DNA of 32,836 nucleotides from assembly GCA_043742585.1 (NCBI GenBank), contig JAYTYG010000296.1, positions 1-32,836 of the forward strand, written 5' to 3'. Source of the stretch: Spartobacteria bacterium. GTDB lineage: Bacteria > Verrucomicrobiota > Verrucomicrobiia > Chthoniobacterales > Chthoniobacteraceae. Position numbers and translations under genes: made by a program. Below the pieces are notes generated by a model that searched no databases, had not been told where the DNA came from, and saw nothing but the letters and a program-made list of their open reading frames with translations. Below, one piece after another: positions 8,796 to 16,027 of the stretch (the first letter of the stretch is position 1; each line of letters starts with the position of its first letter).

Positions 8796-8827
8796 ATTCA
8801 GAAGGGCCGGATAGTGCGCGGGCCGGT
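8775..8827 (+). repeat. direct repeat copy B
   Basis: See copy A. It is 10 nt shorter because of internal deletions. Confidence 0.85.
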
Positions 8828-8834
8828 CGAAGGG

Positions 8835-8861
8835 GAAGTTATGAAGTATGAATGATGAGAG
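8835..8861. repeat. ATGAAT-type heptamer run
   Basis: GAAGTT ATGAAGT ATGAATG ATGAGAG. It is the same heptamer vocabulary as at 24880, 26186, 28079 and 32495. Confidence 0.7.
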
Positions 8862-8902
8862 TTTGCAAGGCTCACCCTGTCACTTCCTCTTCCTGTTACA
8901 CC

Positions 8903-8951
8903 CCACTTAACAAAGTGGAGCTAAGCGCCATTACCCCGGTCGGGGCGCGGG
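8903..8951. repeat. CCACTTAACAAAGTGG hairpin followed by the right arm of the inverted repeat
   Basis: 6-bp stem with AACA loop at 8903-8918, the same hairpin core as 15652-15675. CTAAGCGCCATTACCCCGGTCGGGGCGCGGG at 8921-8951 is the inverted-repeat partner of 8374-8406. Confidence 0.85.
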
Positions 8952-9066
8952 AAAGCATGCGCTATGAGGATCGATTCCTGGACTGAAAGCCGGCTTCCTG
9001 CACACCTCCGGCGTGAAGATGCCGAGTGTTTTGTCCCGCGAGCTTTGCTGGTGTAGCCGCGGCGGC

Positions 9067-9102
9067 CCCATCAGTCCCATGCTTCCCATTGGTCCCCTCA
9101 AA
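9067..9102. repeat. 9-nt periodic TCCCATNNN run (x4)
   Basis: CCCCATCAG TCCCATGCT TCCCATTGG TCCCCTCAA. Confidence 0.6.
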
Positions 9103-9194
9103 TCACGCGTGAGAGACCACGAAGGCATTAGGGGCATTCTTTTAAACGCCTCCGGCGTAAGCTACATGCCAACCGCCAAGCGCCTGACGGGCGC

Positions 9195-10118
9195 TTACAG
9201 ATCCACGTCGAAATGCCGACCTTGGACGCTCGCGCCAGCTGTCACGATGCAGCGTTCCAGCACGCTGTCGGCGGCGATCGTCGCGCCATCCCAGACAATG
9301 CAATCCCGCAGCCGCGCCCCGGCGCCAATGTGGGCACCGAGCCCGATGGCGGTGGCGCCTTCCAGCTCCACGCGCTCGGCGATCATCGCGCTCGAAGCGA
9401 TCCAGGGCTTGGCCCCGCCGATCTCACCGTGTACGGCCAGATACTGCTCGCGGTCGCCCAGATCCCACCATTGACCGGCATCGATCACCACGCCGCCGAG
9501 CTTCGCGCCGCTGCGGATCATGTCTAAAAAAATCGGGATCACGCTGACCTTTTCCCGGGCCGGGATCCGGGCCAAAAACGCCGGGTTAACGAGATAGATT
9601 CCGGTAAAGAGGAATTGCGCGAGGCTGTCGGGATTGAGGCGTCGATTGATGTCTGTGATGAGGCCTGAGGCCGGGTCGCAGGAGACTTGGAGCGGGCCGT
9701 CCTTGGAACGCAGGACCATGGTCACCTCGTTGCCGCTGGCGCAATGGGCGTCAAAAGCGGCCTGGAGCGGGAGATCCGTGAAGATGTCGCCGTTATAAAC
9801 AATGAACGGTTCGGTCCCGAGCAAGTCCTCGACGTTCTTGATCCCGCCGGCTGTCTCCAGCACCTGCGGCGATTCATGGCGGAAGTCGATGCGCGCCTCG
9901 CGATAACTGCCCGTCGGGAATTCCCTAGCGTAAGCTTCTGCGCGCCAATGGGTGTTGACCACAAAGCGCTCGATCCCGGCTTCAATGAGATGATCGAACG
10001 CGTATGTCATCAGCGCCCGGTTAGCCACCGGGATCAACGGTTTCGGCCGATGCGCCGTGAGCGATTTGAGCCGGGTCCCGAGGCCGGCCCCGAGCACGAA
10101 TGCGGTGGTGATTTTCAT
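9195..10118 (-). CDS. NDP-sugar pyrophosphorylase / nucleotidyltransferase with C-terminal left-handed beta-helix
   Basis: N-terminal LGAGLGTRLKSLTAHRPKPLIPV is the sugar-1-phosphate nucleotidyltransferase signature (GxGxRL..KP). The C-terminal hexapeptide-like repeats (..IGAGARLRDCIVWDGATIAADSVLERCIV..) form the beta-helix. Substrate is unknown. Confidence 0.85.
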   Translation of the reverse strand: MKITTAFVLGAGLGTRLKSLTAHRPKPLIPVANRALMTYAFDHLIEAGIERFVVNTHWRAEAYAREFPTGSYREARIDFRHESPQVLETAGGIKNVEDLLGTEPFIVYNGDIFTDLPLQAAFDAHCASGNEVTMVLRSKDGPLQVSCDPASGLITDINRRLNPDSLAQFLFTGIYLVNPAFLARIPAREKVSVIPIFLDMIRSGAKLGGVVIDAGQWWDLGDREQYLAVHGEIGGAKPWIASSAMIAERVELEGATAIGLGAHIGAGARLRDCIVWDGATIAADSVLERCIVTAGASVQGRHFDVDL

Positions 10119-10161
10119 GAGCAGCCGGCGCGCGATGCCAATTTTCTCAAAAGCCGCCGCC

Positions 10162-10707
10162 CTAAACCATGCCCAGCTTTTCGCGGCCTGCGGGCGAGAT
10201 CCGGTCGGGCGACCACGGTGGATCCCAGACCAGAGCCACGTTGGCGCTGGCGACGCCCGGAACGGTCAGAAGGCGTTGCTCGGCGTCGGCGGCCAGCGAA
10301 GGGCCCATGCCGCAGCCCGGCGCGGTGAGGGTCATCTGCACCTCGACGCGTTTGCCGCCTTCGGGCGCGTCGATTGCTTCCAGGCTGTAGATGAGCCCCA
10401 GATCAACGATGTTCACCGGGATCTCAGGATCGTAACAGTTGCGCAATTGCTCCCACGCTTTCTCCTCGTCGAACGGGCCGTCAGCGCCGCCTTGGGCGAC
10501 CGGGGCGACTTCCTTGCCGAGCGCATCGGCATCGCTGCCTTTGATCCGGAACAGGCCCGAGAGATGTCCGACGTGGACGGTGAAACTGCCTCCGAGCGAT
10601 TGTGTGATAATGACTGGCGTTTCGGCGTCCAGGAGGACGAGTTCGCCGCTGGGGATGCGTGTGGCCTCGATTGGCCGGGAGAGTGGAATAAAACCTTCGT
10701 TGCTCAT
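10162..10707 (-). CDS. sufT: putative Fe-S cluster assembly protein SufT (DUF59/MIP18 C-terminal domain)
   Basis: 181 aa. The C-terminal DUF59 pattern is DPEIPVNIVDLGLIY .. TLTAPGCGMG, with an N-terminal extension of the long SufT type. No other suf genes are in the window. Confidence 0.7.
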   Translation of the reverse strand: MSNEGFIPLSRPIEATRIPSGELVLLDAETPVIITQSLGGSFTVHVGHLSGLFRIKGSDADALGKEVAPVAQGGADGPFDEEKAWEQLRNCYDPEIPVNIVDLGLIYSLEAIDAPEGGKRVEVQMTLTAPGCGMGPSLAADAEQRLLTVPGVASANVALVWDPPWSPDRISPAGREKLGMV

Positions 10708-10755
10708 CAGAAAAATACAGGGAGATCTAAAAAATGTCGGGTGAAAACCGGGGGA

Positions 10756-11121
10756 CTAGCGTTGGACTTTCCAACGGGTCTCGGGGGTGAGATTGATGTC
10801 GGCTTCGAGGATTTCAAACCCGCAGGACCGCAGCAAATACGCGACTCCGTCGGTGCTGCCCATGGTCTGCTTGAGGCTGTTGGCGAAGAGCTCGATGTAT
10901 TCTTTGTAACTCTCCAGGGCCAGGCTGCCTTCCGAGACGTATTTCGCCAGCTCGTGGTCGTGCTGCTCGATCATGCTGAAGAGCGCGCGCCGGAGCCGGT
11001 CGCGCATGACGGGGTCCACCACGAGCCGGAACGGGTTGGCGGAAGGATCCGAGGGCATCGGCGCGGAAGAGACATCGAAATCCAGGATGGTCAGGGCACG
11101 GTCAGAAATAGGTTCAGACAT
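10756..11121 (-). CDS. hypothetical protein (121 aa)
   Basis: The protein-like part of track ORF 10756..11406 starts at ATG 11121 (MSEPISDRALTILDF..). The upstream part of that ORF overlaps the ccsA 3' end. No family recognised. Confidence 0.55.
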   Translation of the reverse strand: MSEPISDRALTILDFDVSSAPMPSDPSANPFRLVVDPVMRDRLRRALFSMIEQHDHELAKYVSEGSLALESYKEYIELFANSLKQTMGSTDGVAYLLRSCGFEILEADINLTPETRWKVQR

Positions 11122-11201
11122 AGAGGATAGTGGTGGTGAAAATGGCGTTCCGACGCAGGCAATCGCGCGCAGAGAGCGCCCGGGCTGGAGGAGCTGGGAA
11201 T

Positions 11202-13253
11202 TTAAGCTGAGAGCGTTTTTTCGCGACGGTTTTTTGGGACAGGCGCAGAACCCAGGTCGCTGCGCCAGGCGGCGAGCGGCAATGAGGCCAAGGCGATCAA
11301 AGCCAGTTGGCTCCCGACAAAGATCATCAGCCAGCGGAAGCCCGAGTCCATGAACCCGTAGCTGTGGAGGCCGATGCCGAGCATGTTGACGCCAAACCAG
11401 GACCACGCAGTGACGATGTTGCCAAAGATGGCCAGGCTCATCAGGCCGCGTTCCCGGACCATGCCGCCCCAGCGCGCGTGGAGGATGAGCGCGTTCCAGA
11501 GCACGATGATGAGAGCCCCGTTTTCCTTGGGAGCCCAGCCCCAGAACCGGCCCCAGGATTGATCGGCCCAGATGCCGCCAAGCACCGTGCCGACGAAACT
11601 AAAGAGGGTGGCGAAACAGACGATGCCGTAGACCATCTTGGCGAGGGATTTGCCGATGTTTAACGTCTGCTTCGTGCCCGCCGCCGTTCCTGTTCCGGCG
11701 GCCGGATCCACGTTCGTGGAGAGTTTCTTAGTGAAAACGCCCATTAGGATATAGATGAGCGCAAGGAACCCGGCGACGAATGTGGAGGCGTAACCGAGGG
11801 TGACCACGACCACGTGGGTGGCGAGCCAGAAGTTAGTGTCCAACACGGCGCGCATCATCTCCATGGTGTCGCCTGTCAGCGAGAGGTGATGGGCGATGAT
11901 CAGCGTGATGAACCCAATGGTGCTCGAAACCATCAGCCCGATGGAGTTGCGCCAGAACCGTTCCAGGATCAGCCCGAGAATGCAGGCGCCCCAGCCGATG
12001 AAGATGGCCGAGGAATAAAGGTTTGTGACCGGTGGCCGGCCTTCCAGCACCATGCGGAACACGAGTCCGAAAGTGTGCACCGCCAACGCCACCAGCGCCA
12101 GCCACAGAGCGGCGCGCCGGAGCCATTCCAAGCTTTGCGGCGCGAACCAATAGCCGATGACGGCGAGGAACACGATGAGGTAGAGCGCCATCGATTTATA
12201 GAAAGGCTCAGCCTTATTGAAGAGCTGTTCCCGGGTGCCTTTCTTGAGCTCCGCTGCGAAGTTTGCGCCGAGCGCCGTTTGATAATCTGTCACGGCCTGG
12301 TTGAATGCCACAGCGTCTGCGGCCCGGTAGGCGCTCGATATCCGCGCGTAAGCCAGCAGCGCAAAGTGCGCGGGCTCGCCACGCGCAATCTCGGTGACTG
12401 CCGCGACCGTGCGCACCCATTCGTCCTTTTGCGGCCCCACAGAGCTCAGCGGCGGGATCAGCAGCGCCGGCTCCAACTGCGACATCACGTCAAAGCGTTC
12501 CAGGTCCGGCATGATCCGATCCAGCGCCGCCTGATCAAATTTCAATTTGTCGCGCTGCGCCGTGAGTGCGGCCACGCCGGCGGGGGCATTCTTGGTGAAT
12601 TCGCTGAGTTCGCGCGCCCAATCCTTGGCGTTCTGGGGTTGGAGCGTGTTTTGAAGCCGCATATAGAGGCCCACATTGCCCCAGAGCCGAAGCACGGCTT
12701 TATCGTAAGGATTGCGCAACGACTGCTCGATGCCGGCGGCTCGGCTGGATTCGCGCTGGAGATCCGCCAGCTTGTCTTTGATCGCATTCCACGAAAAATG
12801 TTTGCCGTCGGTTTGTTTATCGGGATCGGCGTTGCCGGCTAACTCCAGCAGACCTTTGAGATCCGGGTTATCGATCCGGATGATTGGCCAAGTGTCGGCC
12901 GTCTTCGGCTCCATGAACATCGCCATGAGCCATTCGGTGGCGGAGATGATTTTCGGGCGCTCGAAGCTGCCCTTCCACGGCTCCAGATTGGCGGTTTGCT
13001 TTTCGCGCAGTTGCAGCAAAGCATTGCGCGCCAACGAATCGATGGGCTGGCAGCGACCATTGGACACCAATGGTAACCGGCCAAATTGCTCGGAGTTCAT
13101 CCGCGCAGGTTCGGCCGCAGAGGCAGCCGGCGAGCCCAACACGCCGACGGCAACGAGGCCGGCGACCATTAACGAAAGCCACTTTTTCATAAGCAGGAAA
13201 GTGCCGCCAGTCCTGGCGGCGGAGGAAGAAATGCAGGGGTAGGGCAGCCTCAT
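11202..13253 (-). CDS. ccsA: cytochrome c biogenesis protein CcsA/ResC (system II heme handling), long form
   Basis: C-terminal polytopic domain with the Trp-rich WWD-type motif WGRFWGWAPKENGALI. About 330 aa of N-terminal soluble extension. ATG at 13253 overlaps the ccsB stop (ATGA). The internal ATG at 13190 (MKKWLSLMVAGLVAVGVLGSPAASA, signal-peptide-like) is an alternative start. Confidence 0.88.
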   Translation of the reverse strand: MRLPYPCISSSAARTGGTFLLMKKWLSLMVAGLVAVGVLGSPAASAAEPARMNSEQFGRLPLVSNGRCQPIDSLARNALLQLREKQTANLEPWKGSFERPKIISATEWLMAMFMEPKTADTWPIIRIDNPDLKGLLELAGNADPDKQTDGKHFSWNAIKDKLADLQRESSRAAGIEQSLRNPYDKAVLRLWGNVGLYMRLQNTLQPQNAKDWARELSEFTKNAPAGVAALTAQRDKLKFDQAALDRIMPDLERFDVMSQLEPALLIPPLSSVGPQKDEWVRTVAAVTEIARGEPAHFALLAYARISSAYRAADAVAFNQAVTDYQTALGANFAAELKKGTREQLFNKAEPFYKSMALYLIVFLAVIGYWFAPQSLEWLRRAALWLALVALAVHTFGLVFRMVLEGRPPVTNLYSSAIFIGWGACILGLILERFWRNSIGLMVSSTIGFITLIIAHHLSLTGDTMEMMRAVLDTNFWLATHVVVVTLGYASTFVAGFLALIYILMGVFTKKLSTNVDPAAGTGTAAGTKQTLNIGKSLAKMVYGIVCFATLFSFVGTVLGGIWADQSWGRFWGWAPKENGALIIVLWNALILHARWGGMVRERGLMSLAIFGNIVTAWSWFGVNMLGIGLHSYGFMDSGFRWLMIFVGSQLALIALASLPLAAWRSDLGSAPVPKNRREKTLSA

Positions 13254-14743
13254 ACGGCTTTGCGTTTGCTGATGAAGCCGACGAGGTGAAACATGAATTG
13301 GAAGATCATCCCAAATGCCACCAGGCCGCAGCCCAGGTAAGGGGTTAGCCAGCTGGGATTGCGCACCACTTGCAGCGTGCTCGTCCCCACGTTCTCATAC
13401 CTTTCGTCCTGACCCATTTGGTATTGGAAAAAGGTCAGCCCTTCATACCGCAACGGGTTGTTCATGTAGATGTCCGAGTCCCGCGTCTCGCCTTTGCCCA
13501 TGTTTTCAATATGCACCCGGCTCTGGAAGTTCTTGGGGATCTCCGTGCCGCGATACACTTCGTGCGTGGTTTTGAGCAGCTTCACCGAGAACGGATGGTA
13601 AATGCGCTCGGACCGGAATGCCGCCCGCCACGTTTTACCGGCGATCACTAAGTCCTGCGGATCCAGGTAAGGCGAAAGCAACCAGGAGCCGAGGGTCTTG
13701 TCGCCATCGAGCACTTCCACCACTGAGTAAGGCAGATTATTGGAATCCATCTCCTTGGTTTCTGGCAACGGCATGACCACCACTTGTTTGCCTGCACCAT
13801 TTGAGGCCGGGCTCGGCAGTGAATCCGCAGTGAGCGGCTCTTTTTTCTCCAGGCGTTGGGCGGCCATGCTCATGGCGCCGCCTTGTTTGCTGAAACGTTT
13901 GAGCATTTCCCCTTGGAACCGGGTCTTGAGTTCCACCTGCAGCTTTGCGGCGAGCGCTGGCTGCGCCGCGATGCGCGTGGCTGCGGCCACGATGTCCTGC
14001 CCCTGGGGCTCGCCCACCGCTTTCAACGCGGCCCGCCACACCTCGGCCCGGCCCGGGCCTTCGCCCGCCCGCTGCGCCTGGGCCACGAGACCATCGGCGC
14101 TGGCATACTGGGCTTCCACCGTGGCCAACGCGCCGCTCAACTTCCCCGCAGCTTCTATCACGCCCGTGCGGTCCGCCACCGCGCCGTTGATCTGATACTC
14201 TTTAACAACCACCGTAAACGGCAGCTTGGGATGCGCGATCCGGCCGCCCTTGGCCACGATCGGCTCCGGGATCGAAACGATCTCTTCCTCGCCAGCCTTG
14301 GCCGAGTCGGTCGCGAAGATCAGTTCATGCTCGCGATGGCTCTCGGTGTAGTTGCGGGTCTGGCCCTCGCGCAGTCGCAGATGGCTTTCTTCCGACAACA
14401 TGTCCGTCGCCAATTGCCCCACCAAAAGCACGACGATCCCCATGTGCGTGAGATGGATGCCGAATTTCTTGATCGTCCATTGGAACCGGTTGATGTGCGC
14501 GCAAACAAGGTTCACCAAAAGCGTGGTGCCTAGCAAGTAGCCGCCTGGTAGCAATATCGGCAGCCAATGCCCGAAAAGTGTCGGCCCCCATACGAACCAA
14601 TCTTTGAAATACCGCGCTTGCGCTTGGTAAAGGCCTTCGTCGGCTTGCGCCACCGTCCCGATGAACACCAGCACAATGCTGAAGCTCAGGCAGGTGACGG
14701 TCAGCCTCAGCGAGGTGAGGAATTTCCAGATTTGTCGATTCAT
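13250..14743 (-). CDS. ccsB: cytochrome c biogenesis protein ResB/CcsB
   Basis: 497 aa. The N-terminal pattern KFLTSLRLTVTCLSFSIVLVFIGTV, a large periplasmic domain and a C-terminal TM are typical of ResB. It lies immediately upstream of ccsA with a 4-nt overlap. Confidence 0.88.
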   Translation of the reverse strand: MNRQIWKFLTSLRLTVTCLSFSIVLVFIGTVAQADEGLYQAQARYFKDWFVWGPTLFGHWLPILLPGGYLLGTTLLVNLVCAHINRFQWTIKKFGIHLTHMGIVVLLVGQLATDMLSEESHLRLREGQTRNYTESHREHELIFATDSAKAGEEEIVSIPEPIVAKGGRIAHPKLPFTVVVKEYQINGAVADRTGVIEAAGKLSGALATVEAQYASADGLVAQAQRAGEGPGRAEVWRAALKAVGEPQGQDIVAAATRIAAQPALAAKLQVELKTRFQGEMLKRFSKQGGAMSMAAQRLEKKEPLTADSLPSPASNGAGKQVVVMPLPETKEMDSNNLPYSVVEVLDGDKTLGSWLLSPYLDPQDLVIAGKTWRAAFRSERIYHPFSVKLLKTTHEVYRGTEIPKNFQSRVHIENMGKGETRDSDIYMNNPLRYEGLTFFQYQMGQDERYENVGTSTLQVVRNPSWLTPYLGCGLVAFGMIFQFMFHLVGFISKRKAV

Positions 14744-15417
14744 GGCTGTGCGGGCACCGGGGCTGGCGCGGTTGGCGCCGTTGAGGATTTTGGCCCGCCG
14801 ATGCGGACCGATTTGAGAAATTCCAGGTAAACGGGTTTAATCGCCGCCGTGGCCGCCTCATTTCCTGAGAGCTTGAAAAACCAACTCGCGTCGGGCCGAT
14901 GCAGGATGGCGGTGATGATCCGGGTCGTCGCGCCGTCGCGAGTCCCGCTGATTTCGAAGAGCTGCCCTTTTTCGCCAGCCACATCTGCGGGCACTAGGGC
15001 GTTCGCGAGCGCGGCTTCTTCCAACGGCCCTTGGCCTACCTGCGCCCGCCACATATTGATGACTGCGGCTTCTTTGCCAGCCAGGTTCGGCAACGGAGTG
15101 ATGCTCACGCTCGCGTCGCCGGCGCCGGTTTGAATCGCGAACTGCGCTAGGTTGACCTTGCCGGTTGGGGCTTCTTTCCAGCCTGCGGGAAGGCTCCACG
15201 TCACCTCGGGTCGCGCGCGCTCCGGGGCTGCGGGCGCGACTGGGGAGGTGGGCGCCGCCGAATGCGCGTCCGGCGCGGCGTGAGCATCCGCAGGTTGATC
15301 CGCCACGTCGGGTTGATCTTTCGGCGCGGTGTAAACGCGGATCTCAGCGCGGCGACAGCCGGTAAAGAGCAGCGCGGCTGCGACGCCACACGTGAGGATT
15401 CGGGAGCAGAAAATCAT
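14740..15417 (-). CDS. putative lipoprotein of unknown function, first gene of the ccsBA operon
   Basis: Lipobox LFTGC after the hydrophobic leader MIFCSRILTCGVAAALLFTGC. Its stop overlaps the ccsB ATG (ATGA at 14740-14743). It has a Pro/Ala-rich linker and tail. ATG at 15417 is preferred over TTG at 15423. Confidence 0.75.
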   Translation of the reverse strand: MIFCSRILTCGVAAALLFTGCRRAEIRVYTAPKDQPDVADQPADAHAAPDAHSAAPTSPVAPAAPERARPEVTWSLPAGWKEAPTGKVNLAQFAIQTGAGDASVSITPLPNLAGKEAAVINMWRAQVGQGPLEEAALANALVPADVAGEKGQLFEISGTRDGATTRIITAILHRPDASWFFKLSGNEAATAAIKPVYLEFLKSVRIGGPKSSTAPTAPAPVPAQP

Positions 15418-15531
15418 GGGCAAAGAGGGTTAGCAGAAACTGAAGAGGGCTCGGGCGCAACTGGCTTTTCAAAACTCTTACATAACCCTGCTCCGCGAAA
15501 TAACTTGGAGCCGATCCCCTCCGTCGCGAGC

Positions 15532-15570
15532 AAAGCGCCATTTCAAAGCGCCATTTCAAAGCGCCATTTC
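15532..15570. repeat. perfect 13-nt tandem repeat x3 (AAAGCGCCATTTC)
   Basis: Three identical contiguous units at 15532-15544, 15545-15557 and 15558-15570. Confidence 0.95.
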
Positions 15571-15651
15571 GGATCAGCGCATGTGATTCGTTCCTGCGCC
15601 CGGCGTGGACGCACTCCGGGCTCAGCAGTGGGCTCTTAAGCTGAGTTATCT

Positions 15652-15689
15652 AATTCCACTTAACAAAGTGGAATTAACGCCTCCGGCGT
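15652..15689. repeat. two adjacent perfect hairpins: AATTCCACTT-AACA-AAGTGGAATT and ACGCC-TCC-GGCGT
   Basis: A 10-bp perfect stem with a 4-nt loop at 15652-15675, immediately followed by a 5-bp stem with a 3-nt loop at 15677-15689. Both motifs recur in the 8205-9194 spacer. Confidence 0.9.
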
Positions 15690-16027
15690 AAAGCGCAGGG
15701 AAACATCCTGGTCGCGGCGTCCCGCCGCTTTGTTGTGGGTGGCCATTTTCCCAACTGTGGAGGGAGGCCCCAGGATCATGGTTCGGGCCTGTGGGCCATT
15801 TATGAGAATTGGCCATACTCCAGACTTGCGTGAGCGCATCGGCGGGGAGGCTTGGTGAAAGCGGCAAATCCATGTCCTACAATTTGTGCGATCGGTCACC
15901 GCCTGGAGTATAACCGCATGGGCGGCGAAGATCGCAGCGACTGGACGCCCAGAGATTCTCTGGGTTCCCTGCGTTTTTCAATTCGGGCTAAGGTTTAAAC
16001 GTCCGCGCAGAGGTCTGTCTCGGTCGG

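Noticed and set aside
8374-8951. Autonomous insertion sequence between the inverted repeats
   Set aside because: No ORF of transposase size or character lies inside, and no target-site duplication was found. At most it is a non-autonomous element (kept as a finding at moderate interest).
8931-9474. Track ORFs 8931..9137 (-) and 9013..9474 (+) as genes filling the long spacer
   Set aside because: Both have low-complexity, repeat-derived sequence (MGSMGLMGP from the TCCCAT 9-mers). The + ORF runs antisense into the well-supported nucleotidyltransferase gene. Neither has an RBS or family resemblance.
10057-11130. 357-aa + strand ORF overlapping sufT and the 121-aa hypothetical
   Set aside because: Its Arg/Ala/Gly-rich composition is typical of antisense frames in GC-rich DNA, and the opposite strand has recognisable domains. 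The same reasoning applies to 714..1367(-), 11814..12842(+), 13856..14533(+), 14325..14984(-), 16056..16874(+), 18717..19424(-), 20691..21293(-), 22004..22822(-), 23286..23906(-), 24110..24982(-), 25354..25965(-), 27207..27923(-) and the other shorter shadow ORFs.
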